Shown here piece after piece: positions 1-11,350 of a stretch of 64,000 bases of DNA. The stretch lies in the NCBI RefSeq assembly GCF_006345805.1, contig NC_043012.1, positions 24,800,001 through 24,864,000 of the forward strand. Direction: 5' to 3'. Origin of the DNA: Octopus sinensis (Eukaryota). How positions within the stretch are numbered: position 1 is the stretch's first letter; every line of letters starts with the position of its first letter. The translations under genes and the position numbers were made by a program. The notes beneath the pieces are model-generated. The model was not told where the DNA came from and searched no databases. It saw nothing but the letters and a program-made list of their open reading frames with translations.

Positions 1-1110
1 GCAAAAATGTCTACTTCAGAAGGAAGGAAAACTGATCCAGATAGCGGCAAAACACGAGCAAAACAAAAAACTGTTCTCAGTATTTAAGGAAGCTGACAAA
101 TACAAACAAGAAATCATACTACTAATAAACATGAAGAAGAAGATGAAGAAACACAAAAGCTATAAAACAAATGAAATCCAAACTAAAAATAGAACAGCAA
201 CGAACATGATAAAACGATGGCAAGAATAGCCCCTTCGTGGTAAATACTGGACTAAACTAAACGCAAAAGAAATAGACAAAAAAAATCCCAGCAATGGTGA
301 GAAGCTCAGGACTCAAAGCAGAAACAGAGGGATTTTTAATTGCAGCACAAGACCAAAGCCTCCCCACCAGAAATTACCAAAAACATGTAATGAAAAGAAA
401 TATTACAAGTAACTGCAGAATATGTGGAGATGGACAAGAAACAATAAATCATATTATCTCTAGCTGCCCAGTCCTGGCTAAGAAGGAATATATTCACAGA
501 CATGACAGAGTTGGAACCTACATACATTGGAAGCTATGCCAACATTATGGAATAACAACAGAAAAAAAGTGGTATAGGCACACACAAGAAAAGGTCACAG
601 AAAACGAGAAAGCAGCAACCATACTCTGGGATATGCCGATACACACAGATAGAGAAATTAAGGCCAACAGACCAGATATAGTTGTCAGAGATCATGAAGA
701 AAAAAAATGCTTTCTAATTGATGTATCAATACCGGCTGATGACAACGTGTCTCTAAAAGAAATGGAGAAACTCTCAAAATACAAAGACTGGGAAATAGAG
801 GTAACTAGAATGTGGAATCTGAAAACAGAAACAATTCCTATCATAGTAGGTGCATTAGGCATGCATGATAAAAAAATATTCAGACAATACATAACAAAAA
901 CACAGGACTTACAAACACATATAACATACAGAAAATTGCACTATGGGCACTGCACACATCCTACGCAGAACACTTTCCATACATAACCATCAGAGCATCA
1001 CAACAAATCACAGCACATACCAAAGCACACAGAGCTGCGCTCGGTAGTGAAGTGAAAGCACGCTATAAAAATAAAACTACTGAATAATAATAATAATAAT
1101 AATAATAATT
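1..1110 (+). mobile_element. 3' part of an R4/Dong-like non-LTR retrotransposon (restriction-like endonuclease), with 3' UTR and (TAA)n tail
   Basis: ORF 294-986 has a CxxC..H..C knuckle (CRICGDGQETINHIISSC), RHD, and PD-(D/E)xK-type motifs (NRPDIVV..LIDVSIP..KY..IIVGALG). It ends in (AAT)n at about 1083-1110. Confidence 0.88.
294..986 (+). pseudogene. Zinc knuckle plus restriction-like endonuclease domain of the R4-like LINE (frameshifted near the end)
   Basis: Motifs listed above in the provided translation. Confidence 0.85.
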
Positions 1111-1111
1111 A

Positions 1112-3895
1112 TAATCTTCATTGGTCACAAGGGCCGAACACAAGATAAAAAGGGACTACACAGCACACGGGCCGAGTGGAACTTGGCACAAAAATTCATG
1201 TATAAAAATGAGACAAGAATCATTAAAAACAGAAATTCAACAATATCACTCCCCAAAGGGAGAAGTTCCACCGAGGGACAACCAAGAAACGCCACACATA
1301 CTGGTTACCCTGACCGCCAGGGGCACTTCAGCAAGTGCCCCTCTCCTCAACTCCTGCGGTTTCCAAGCGTATTTTCAAAAAGTAGGCCCATTCATGCAAA
1401 CCGTCCTCGCTACATTCACCAACCTTTCAGCAAGAATATTAGGGAGAAGTATCTCCCTCTCCACCCTCGCCTTCCTTCTCTATTGAAACTTGAAAAAATT
1501 TAATGAGGGTTGGGCCAAAGAGGAAAATGTCTGTTTTCAGCCCTTTCAACTTCGTCTACCACACTACCTCTTTCGCCATGGCCAATTGACAGAGGAAAAT
1601 TGCCTTCCTTCCTGCTCTCCCACCACACCATAAAAAGGCGACTGAGCAGTTTTCACGATAGGCGCGGCTGATAACCAGATTCATCCTACACGAGTTAACA
1701 GCTGGTCGACAACACTCCACATATCAGCAATGCCCGGACACTGGTCGAGTGCATAAGGAATGGTTTCATCGCCATGCACATATCTCGGACATCTCCGTCT
1801 CACAGCATTCCCTTGTCTGTAGAGCTTGTCTCGAACTGGCAGAGCTCTTGGTGAGCACTGCCAGGTCAGGGATTATCCGTAGGCCCCAGCCCCAAAATAC
1901 ACTGGAAAAGGTCAGTAAATTGATCCCTCCCGACGCCCATTGTCCGACTGGCAGAGGGATGTGAGTGCTTGCCGACACTCTAGGTGCCAAGTACCCTCTC
2001 TCCGCCTACGCTTTATGCAGGACTATAGCTACGTCAATGAGGCAAACTGCGGAAAATCTTGCCGGACAAACGGCGACAATATCTACTCACCGTAAAAGAA
2101 ATACAGGCGATGTCGCAGCCTCAGCGCATGCCTGCGCATCATTAGCCACGGATGCGCAGTCCTCCACTCAACGGTTGTTGACTGCAGAAAGGCGGCGAGC
2201 TGGCAGAAACGTTAGCACGTCGGGCGAAATGCTTAGCGGTATTTCGTCTGCCGTTACGTTCTGAGTTCAAATTCCGCCGAGGTCGACTTTGCCTTTCATC
2301 CTTCCGGGGTCGATAAATTAAGTACCAGTTACGCACTGGGGTCGATGTAATCGACTTAATACCTATGTCTGTCCTTGTTTGTCCCCTCTATGTTTAGCCC
2401 CTTGTGGGTAATACAGAAATAGGTTGTTGACAGCGAAATACGTCAATTCCCCAGAAAACGGAAGAACAAGTGCTTCAGCTTGATCAGCCACGAAGCAGGA
2501 CAAGGGGCAACGGCCAGGCGGTAGTAGATGACGGAAGTGATGTACACATGCACCCGCCCGACCCTTCAGGGACAGTTTCCTCTCTGCCCATTTCAGTGTG
2601 AGACTGGCTTCCCTGCACGTCACCTCCCTCACAGTTATTGTCCACCTGCATGTTAGGGCCAAACCAAACCCCGAGTAATGTAACCAGTCTCTCAGTCCAG
2701 CGCCTTACGACGTTGTCGGACGACATGGAGCTGCATCTTCCAGTGCCGGGCTGCACACCCACCGACTTGTCCTGGTTAATCTTTGCTCTTGTCACTACTT
2801 TGTACTCCCTTAAGTTAGTGCCGTTCATCACCTCAATTTCCGAAATGTCCGACACTATTACGGTGATGTTGTCCGTATAAGCCGACACGAACCTTCTGCA
2901 TCCTAGTTTACGTGGGATGCCGCTCGAAATATTCAACTTCCTTAGTAATGGCTCCAGATCCAACACGTACAGAAGGGATAAGAGTGAGCATCCTTGACGG
3001 ACTGAACGTACGATGTTAAACGATTCCGAAGGGTGGCCATTTACTTTGACCATCGAACAGATGTCACTGTACATTGCAACAATCCAGCCTTTGAAAACGG
3101 GACTGAAACCGGTCGTCGCGAGAACAACCTCCAAGTATTGGTGTCGACCCCATCAAAAGCTTTTGATTGATCCAAATTTATCAGGACCCCATCCACGCCA
3201 AGTTCCTTAGCTACCCTGTCTATGATGTAGCGTATGAGTTGGAGGTTATCGCGGATAGATCTGTTCAGGATAGCACATATCTGTGCACCACCGACCAGCG
3301 CCACCGACAACAAGCGCCAACTTCTTGGCTAACACCTTGGCCAAAATCTTAAAATCTGTGTTCAGCAGAGTTATGACCCTAAAATTGTCTATTTAGTCCC
3401 CATTGTCCGGGACCTTTCTCAGCAGTGTCATAACGCCACGGCTCACAGCACTGGGTGTCCTCCAATTCTGCTGCCATTTGCGGTAGACATCCGCCACGAG
3501 ATCACCGAACAAGCCTAGCATAAGAAAATAAAGCATAAGGAGCAGGCCATCCAGCCCCGGAGTCTTCTCTCTTGTACAGTTCGTCACTGCATCCCGCATG
3601 TCTTCAGCAGTTATCGGAATTTCACAGAACTCCGTATCCCTAGCCGAAAGGCGTGGCATATCACCGAAGTAGGAGGTGAAATTCACCGCCACCTCCGACT
3701 CACCGCGCACTGTGCCACTGAAATTCCGCTCACACCAGCTTGGATTCGAGTAGCACACACCCGTCCCGGCCCGACAAAAATCAAATTGTGACTTTGTTGC
3801 CACGTTGCACCTCTATCACTTGGGCCTATCGAACGGCTATCACCCCCTCGTGTTTCCCCTGTCTTACCTTTTTCTTTCTGCCAGTCTCCCTACTA
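1112..3895 (-). mobile_element. Decayed Tx1/L1-like LINE (RT and C-terminal region), 5'-truncated, interrupted by a SINE
   Basis: Fragments TPGLDG (3393-3803), SIRDNL..LDQSKAFDGVD (3041-3313) and VRQGCSLLSLLYVLDLEP..AYTDNIT (2484-3134). The 3' end abuts the (TAA)n tract at 1110. Confidence 0.85.
2191..2423 (+). mobile_element. tRNA-derived SINE family M (GGCGGCGAGCTGGCAG head), tail type a, with imperfect TSD of about 17 bp
   Basis: A box TGGCAGAAACG, B box GAGTTCAAATTCC. GGTTGTTGAC(t/a)GC(a)GAAA lies on both flanks. Many copies in the window. Confidence 0.9.
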
Positions 3896-4012
3896 CACTT
3901 CTTATTGATGTCATTTTACTTTAAGGTATTTGTGAACCCTTGTCCTTTCTCTTGGAAAACATTTAAGATTCGTCTCACAGTTTCATTATTGTTCTCTTAT
4001 ATACATTACATA

Positions 4013-4092
4013 CAAGATGAGAACAAATATCCGCCAAATGTAAATAATGTAAATGATGTACATAATTCCTCATCTCTTGTATATGGAACTGC
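4013..4092 (+). mobile_element. Fragment of the Penelope-like pseudo-LTR family A (segment downstream of the hammerhead)
   Basis: CAAGATGAGAACAAATATCCGCCAAATGTAAATAATGTAAAT matches the segments after the HHR at 26746 and 39281. Confidence 0.7.
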
Positions 4093-4227
4093 TCTCTTAT
4101 AAATTTGTAAGATTTTCAGTCTCGAAGAATTTTACTTTGATCAAATTATCCTTCTTCAATTTTTAAGTCTTCTCAAACTCTGCGATTTTGCCTGCATTTG
4201 TTGCAACCGGTTTTCTCATACTTTACT

Positions 4228-4278
<51 letters not shown>

Positions 4279-4279
4279 C

Positions 4280-4769
4280 CACATAAGGGAAATTAGCCAT
4301 TTGAATGTGGCTAGGGACAGGGCAGGGCGGTGGGGGTGTTACTGATGCATTTAGCCCCAGGCGATCATCAACGTCACCAGATAGGCTGACACCATCACGG
4401 TGTCCTCTATCCTGCAAAGGGAGATCATTCCCCGAAGAAGCGGATGCCACATACGGACCCAGGTTTCAAGGTATTTGCCTATCGTCAACGTATGGCAGGC
4501 ACCGCTCCTCGACGAACAACTTCCCGTGCAGGATATTTATATATAGATTTTCACGTAAATACATTTACTGATTTCGAAAATCTGTTCGACAGCAATAATA
4601 ATTCTCTAAACGAGATATAGACAGTAACTGCTCCATCACATAAGGGACATTAGCCATTTGAATGTGGCTAGGGACAGGGCAGGGCGGTGGGGGTGTTACT
4701 GATGCATTTAGCCCCAGGCGATCATCAACGTCACCAGATAGGCTGACACCATCACGGTGTCCTCTATCC

Positions 4770-4773
<4 letters not shown>
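4280..4773 (-). mobile_element. Retrozyme-like element: 357-bp unit plus 137-bp terminal direct repeat, inserted in (TA)n
   Basis: 4280-4416 and 4637-4773 differ at one position by eye. (TA)n on both flanks. Hammerhead motif in the unique part. Confidence 0.75.
4435..4510 (-). ncRNA. Full-size type I hammerhead ribozyme with variant core (UUGACGA); predicted cleavage GUC| between 4456 and 4455
   Basis: Minus strand reads GAGGAGCGG UGCC UGC CAUACG UUGACGA U AGG CAAAUA CCU U GAAA CC UG GG UC| CGUAUG U GGCA U CCGCUUCUU. Stems I, II and III pair by inspection. Confidence 0.8.
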
Positions 4774-4805
<32 letters not shown>

Positions 4806-4993
4806 AGTAATTGAATGAATTATCTTATTAAGGATAATTCGAAAGATAACCGATACCTGGGTAGCAAATTCACATAAGAAAGAATATGCAGCCTTCGAAA
4901 CATATGTCGAGAATAAAGGATATTTGTTAACTAGTCGTTCAACTCCATTCTTTCATATACTTATAATTTTTATATATATATATTATATATATG

Positions 4994-5026
<33 letters not shown>

Positions 5027-6451
5027 TATATTATATTATACATTTATTTATCTACATATCCATTTATATGTTTGCTGTGTTCTCATTTCTGTTATTTTGT
5101 AACAAATATATCCGATGCATGTAGCGTTTCCGTGGATTAATTTCTTTTTGATGTTTACTATTATAAAAACGTTGCTTTGTTTTATTATTTTCAGTTTTAA
5201 TATCCTGACTGATATCATTTGGTATTACTTTGTGGCTATATTAGAGCGATTCTAATGTTTGCTTAACACATTTGCATCTTTTAATATTACTCACGTTTCT
5301 TGTTTTACAAACAAAATCTAAGAAATCAATCTTAATCTCCGTTTTTCATTGCTGTATACTATTAATATTTTATTCTCCATATTCTACTAAAACATACAAA
5401 TGTACAACGTCTTTCCAATTCTTCTGATGATTTGCAGTAATTTTTACTGTTCCGTTTTATGTATCTTCTGTGCACTCATTGGTCTTTTGTTGAGCTAATA
5501 TTAATGGAATAGGTTCCTGAAAGTTCTCGATTAAGCATTTCTTCCTTGTTATATGTTTGTGTTGAGGAATTGTAATGCGTCTTTTGTTGCCTCAGCGGTT
5601 CTCCATTTCCCTGCTTTTTAAAACTTGATCTTGCTCTGATTATATGCTTAATGTTTTATTTGCTCGAGTAATTAGCGTGTACTATTGGAACACTGTGAAC
5701 TCCATTTGCTTTTTTTTTTTCTCTCTTCTTTCTCTCTAAAAAAAAAAAAGTAACTATTTCGAAATCTTTGATCTACTGTTCGTCATCAATTGCTACATTT
5801 ACCATGTTTTTTATGTACGTATGTTCAGGCAGAAATTGAACTCAAGAACCTTTATTCACACAAGACTCCAACGCAAAAAAAAAAAAACAACTACAAAACC
5901 AACATTAGTCCTGTGTGGGTTTTTAAGTTCAACTCTTACTAGAGCATATGTGCAAGACAAACAAAAAGAAACAAACAAAAAAGGCAAGAAAATAAGAGCT
6001 CCAACCATGACGCATCGCGATGAACGAAGATCAAATAGATGCAAATATAATGTTCTATAAAACAGCAGCGTAAGCAGTTATTTTAGCAGTAATTTCATGT
6101 TCCGCTTTTTATATATAATGTTATTTAATAACACGTCTTACATCACATCAGAGAATATTATGCTGTTTGCTTGGGGTAGGTATCTCTCTTTTGGGACAAT
6201 ATACATTACATGTTTTTTTTAAATATGTTTCTTTCTTTTCATCTCGTTTATATGGATTAATGTTTCTTCCTGTTCGGGTTTCACCAGATGTAAAAAAAAA
6301 AAAAAAAAAAAAAAAGTAAAGTTTTTTTTTTTTTTTTTTTACAAAAACCATCTTTGTAACGTTTCCCCCATTCGCCTGCCCTTCTGGTAAATAAAATAAC
6401 CGAGTATTGTTGTCGTGGTCGTCGTCGTTGTCGTTGTTGTTGTTATTACGT

Positions 6452-7140
6452 GCGGCGAGGCGAGATGGCCGAATCGTTAGTACGCCGGACGAAATGCTTA
6501 GCGGTATTTCGTCCGTTCTTACGTTCTGAGTTCAATTCCGCCGCGGTCGATTCCAACGTCATGCTTTTGGGGTCGATAAATTAAGTACCAGAGAAGCACT
6601 GGAGTCAATGTAATCGACTAGCCCCCTCCCCTCAAATATCAGGCTTTGTGCTTTTAGTAGAAAGGATTATTATAATAATAATAATTATTATTATTATTAT
6701 TATTGTTGTTGTTGTTGTTATTATTATTAAGTGCGGCGAGCTGGTAGAATCGTTAGCACACCAGACAAAATGCGTTGTAGCATTTCGTCCGTCTTTATGT
6801 TCTGAATTCAAATTCCGTCGAGGTTGACTTTACCTTTCGTTCTTCAAGGGTCGATAAATTAAGTACCAGTTGAACACTAGGAGTCGATGTAATCGACTCG
6901 TCTCCTCCCCCAAGATTGCCGCTCTTGTGGCAAAATTTGAAGCCATTACTATTATTATTATTATAATCAAGTGCGACGAAGTCGCCGAATAGTTAGTGCG
7001 TCGCACAAAATTCTTAGTGACATTTCTTTTGGCTCTTTACATTTTCAATTCAAATTCCGTTGTAGTCAACTTTGCTTTTCATCCTTTTGGGGTTGATAAA
7101 AAAAAGTACTGGTCAAGTACTTGAGTCGATATAATCCACA
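6452..7140 (+). mobile_element. Three tandem, progressively diverged SINE family M copies (tail type b) separated by (ATT)/(GTT) tracts
   Basis: Copies at about 6452-6665, 6730-6945 and 6970-7140, each with the B box and GTCGAC..GGGTCGATAAATTAAGTACC body. Confidence 0.85.
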
Positions 7141-7869
7141 AACCTTTCCACCCTAAAAGCTATTCATTTGGACTTTAATTCATACGAATTGCATCCAAAT
7201 CTCAACCAGTGAGGTCAAGGAAAATAAGGTTTTGCGTCTAGAAATGCTAACAGGTGAGGTGCTGTGCAATTGAAAACACTGATGTCTGTGGGACAGAAAT
7301 AAAAAGGGAACGAGTAAGGTTTTATTTAAGGTACCCATAGATATGATCTCTTTTGATTCGCTTATTTTGGGGCGGTAAAATAGGTGTCACCATTATACTT
7401 TGCTTTTGCTTTGATTTGAACCAAATGCACCCAAGTGTAACCAGAGACATCAAGGGACATCAAGTTTTTTGCGGCTAAAAGTGCAATCAGGTGAGATGTC
7501 ATACAATTGGAAAACTGGTGTCACTGTGTTATAAAAAATTACTTTTTATCAATTTTATTTTTCAAAAAAACCTGAATCAATTAGATTGTATTAATGTCTA
7601 CATGAAAAGGTATTTACGTAAACTATATACAAGGTATCCATAAGTATGATCTCTGGCAATTCCCTTATTTTGGGGCTTCCAGGAACTTATTCAACATATT
7701 TGCACGTTTTTTATATCATTCCAATTGCTCATATAACAAAGTAATGTCAGCAGAGTGCTAGATTAATGTTAGATGTAGATAACAAGTAATGTTGTTGCTT
7801 TAAGATGCTACATTCTTATATATGCTCAATTTTCAAACGTTTTTCAGGGATGTGTTTTTGCCAACGTCC

Positions 7870-8590
7870 AGCTTTACATCTTTTCATGCAGAGCCTATGC
7901 ACGTTCGCTTAGGGTGGAGGGCACTATGCAATGTCATTGTCCTCTGGGTTGTGCGATCGAATTGGTCAATCTCCGCTTGTGTCCGTCCATTTTAGGATGG
8001 GTGCTCTATAGCGGACTTCAGCAACAGCCCATATTTTGATGGCAGTCACAAGGTTTCCTGAGTTGAGTTTTGATTTCAAGAGAAATTTAAGGCGTTTTCA
8101 AATATGCAGTGATGACCTTGTCTTTCATTTCTCTGCGCAAGATATATCCCAAGGTACTTGTACCCATAGTCATCAGGGTCTTCCATTCTATGCACTTACA
8201 ATCTGCTCTTTTTCCCTCGTTTCAAAGTGAGTACCGCACACTTCGAGATACCGAATTCTATTCCTGTATCCTTGCTGCACATCTGTACAGCCTCAACCAG
8301 CCTCTACATTTCAGGCTCTGTTTTTGTGAACAGTTTTAAATCATCCATGAAGAGGAGATCGTTGAAACGAAGTCCATTTTTCACAGCTCATAGTGTGTGT
8401 TGACTTTGCACAAGACTACAGAAAGTGCGATCAAGGCTATAACAAATATCAAAGGTGAACAAGTGTCTCCCTGATTGTTACAGAAAAGACGTGTTTTCCA
8501 ACTAGGCATGCTGTTCTTAATCAGTGCACACACGTTCTCAGCTACTCCACACATGTCGAGTGTTTCCAAAATCCACGAATGCAGCAACAG
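7870..8590 (-). mobile_element. Internal RT fragment of an R4/Dong-like LINE, decayed and with an internal deletion
   Basis: Minus-strand translation gives HSWILETL..QGD.CSP..HLLFMDDLKLF..FGISKC..YKYLG..LKSKLNSGN..LHP. The 5' end abuts (ATT)n at 8606. Confidence 0.82.
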
Positions 8591-8603
8591 TTCGTAAGCC
8601 GGA

Positions 8604-8605
<2 letters not shown>

Positions 8606-8651
<46 letters not shown>

Positions 8652-8659
8652 ATTATTAC

Positions 8660-8702
<43 letters not shown>

Positions 8703-9066
8703 GTTATTATTTTTTCTATTATTATTAATATTTTTTTTCTTTCTAGGTTGCTGGTCTCCTGTTTACATATCTGGTGTTATTAATCCAGTTTCGCGATACC
8801 CATTCTCACAAGATCCACAAAGTTACTTTCTAAACAATTCGTCATAAATAAATTATGCTCAACTGTAGAACTGTAAAAACAAAAATAGCTTTGCATATGA
8901 ATAAAAAACCTTGGTAAATTTTCTCCGTCGTCCTTCCCTTCTTCTTCTTCTTCTTCCCCTTCCTCTTCTTCTTCTTTCTCCTCCTCCTCTTCACCACCAC
9001 CACCACCACAGCCGCCGCCGCCACCACCACCACCACTACCACCACCACCACCACCACCATCACCAC

Positions 9067-9107
<41 letters not shown>
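8606..9107. repeat. (ATT)n tract (8606-8730) and compound (CTT)/(CAC)/(CAT) tract (8930-9107)
   Basis: Direct sequence. Confidence 0.95.
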
Positions 9108-9249
9108 GCGTTAACTGGATCCTCGTTATCTCTAGTCTGCTTTAACCTAATTAATGTTCAAATACCATTTTTAGACTACCAACTTCTATGGTTGCGCGTG
9201 GCGAAGAAGCTCACTTTGCCACCCCACCCCGTGGATTCTGAGTTCAATC

Positions 9250-9645
9250 CTACTTACTGTGCAGCACATAGGCACATAGGCACTTACACCAGCCCCGGGC
9301 CGACCTATGCTTTGAGAGGAAACTTGGTAGATGGAAGCTGTGAGGAAAACCCCTCAAATATGTGAGAGAGAGAGGGAGTGTGTGTGTGTATGTGTGTGTA
9401 TGTGTGTGTGCATGTGTGGGTGTGTGTGTGTGTGTGGTGTGTGTGTGTGTGTGTGTGCGTGCGTGTATGTCTCGGCACTTGCGTTTATTCTCCCACACCT
9501 CACTGCTTGACAATCGGTTTAGGTTTGTTTACGTCCTCGTAATTTAATGGTTCGGCTAAAGAGACCGATAGAATTAGTACGAGATTTAAAAAAAATTAAG
9601 TACAGGGTTCAATTTATTTGACTGAACTATTCGCGATGGTGCCCC
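9250..9645 (+). mobile_element. Degenerate CORE-type SINE (family C)
   Basis: CCCCGGGCCGACC..TGCTTGACAATCGG..GAGACCGATAGAAT..CCAACATGGCCACAGTC match better copies. Confidence 0.7.
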
Positions 9646-9947
9646 AACATGGCCACAGTCCATGATGAGATCTCTTCAGAAATCCTCGGATGAAACATTC
9701 TGATGTAGCAAAAATGTTTAGTGTATCTAAAATTTGCATTCTGACTATATCTCCACCCACCCGCCCGCAGAAAAAAAAACCCCAAAACTTGCAAATATTC
9801 AAGTTGAAATAGGGAAAATATTGCTCTCATTAGTCAGGGAATCAGGAAGGACCCCGGAAAAGACGTGGATGCTTCCCTTCTTCCTCCGACTACCATATAC
9901 AAAACAATAAGCGTATAACCAGGTCTAAGTGTACAAATCTTTTAAAC

Positions 9948-10177
<230 letters not shown>

Positions 10178-10189
10178 AATGCATCTGTA

Positions 10190-10232
10190 AATCTCTATCA
10201 CTGACGAAGGGTCAGTCTTGAAACGTCAGATT
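10190..10232 (+). ncRNA. Minimal hammerhead-like motif (Penelope-type), weak stem I
   Basis: CUGACGA AGGG UCAG UCUU GAAA CG UC AGA: complete core and palindromic ACGU stem III, but stem I is poorly paired. Confidence 0.5.
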
Positions 10233-11187
10233 CCTCTCTTCTCTCCGTCAAAAAAGAAAAAATCTCCAGGCTTACTCAAGAGCCAGCTCATACGAAAATG
10301 AAAACTGACCATTTGAAATAGAACAAACATGAGCCAGAAAAGGGAAGTTGAACCTTTCGATCGGACAATGTAGAATCTGAGAGATAACATATATATAATA
10401 ATAGGGATCCGAGGGATCAGATCAATGTTTGTCTAATAATTTCTTATCTCTGGAGCCCATGTTCAAAGACTTAACATCAATAAGCGAATGTGTTTAATTA
10501 GTGGTAATGATGGTGTTGAGAGACTATTTTCTAACAATCGCAAACGGCCAACGCGCAATCTTTGCATCGAGAAATATCGCTGAGAGAAAAATCAAAACAA
10601 ATCTCTTGGATGTGACACAGGAATGAGAAGATGTCACAAATTAAGAGAGGCAGTCATTTAGCTGGAGCAAGTGGTAACTTACCCAAGAGAATTAGTTGGG
10701 ATCCTCATTCTCACGTCGTACAATCTGATAGTTAACCTTGGAGCCATTATTATGCTACTTCGTGATGCAGATCCCCGAAACCTTTGCATTAACAAGAGAC
10801 TTTCCATAAAAAGTATGATTCTTCATGCGCTAAGGGGTACAATGATATCAGGGAAATTTGCAAGTAGAATTTGTTCCCTTCCCAGAATTCCCCCTAAGTC
10901 AACTGGTTTGCCATCTGAATTTTAAAGACCTTATATCCCTGACAGTCCTAGCTTGACAATGAACATCAATAAATCACAAAGACAATTATTGAAAAATGTT
11001 TGAGTGACCCTCATACATCTTACTTTTTCACAGGATCAGCATTATGCTCGTACTTCAAGGGTTAAGAGCCCTGAACCCCTCCTCTTCATAGAATCACACG
11101 CCTTTGTAAGGGCTAAGACCCACCTCACCGTAATCCCTACTTTAATGACGATATGCACCGGTTGGAATTCCTTATTCGTATATTTTG

Positions 11188-11350
11188 ACGGTGAATGGCC
11201 TAGTGGTTAGAGTGTCACATCTACAATTGTAGTTTCGATTCCCAGGGTGGACGGTAAGTTGTATTCTTGAGCAAGGTATTTCTTTTCACGTTGCCCCCGT
11301 CCACTCAGCTGTAAAGGAATTCCAGAAAGTTAACCCTACGACGGTCTGGC
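11188..11350 (+). mobile_element. Degenerate tRNA-derived SINE (third family; related copy at 54570-54685, minus strand)
   Basis: TGGCCTAGTGGTTAG A box, GTTTCGATTCCC B box, CTTGAGCAAG core-like motif. Confidence 0.65.

Noticed and set aside
4280-4773. Interpretation as a miniature LTR element (TRIM)
   Set aside because: The repeats lack paired TG..CA ends, and I see no PBS or PPT. The RNA rod runs across the repeat/spacer boundary, which fits a permuted monomer better. Not fully excluded.
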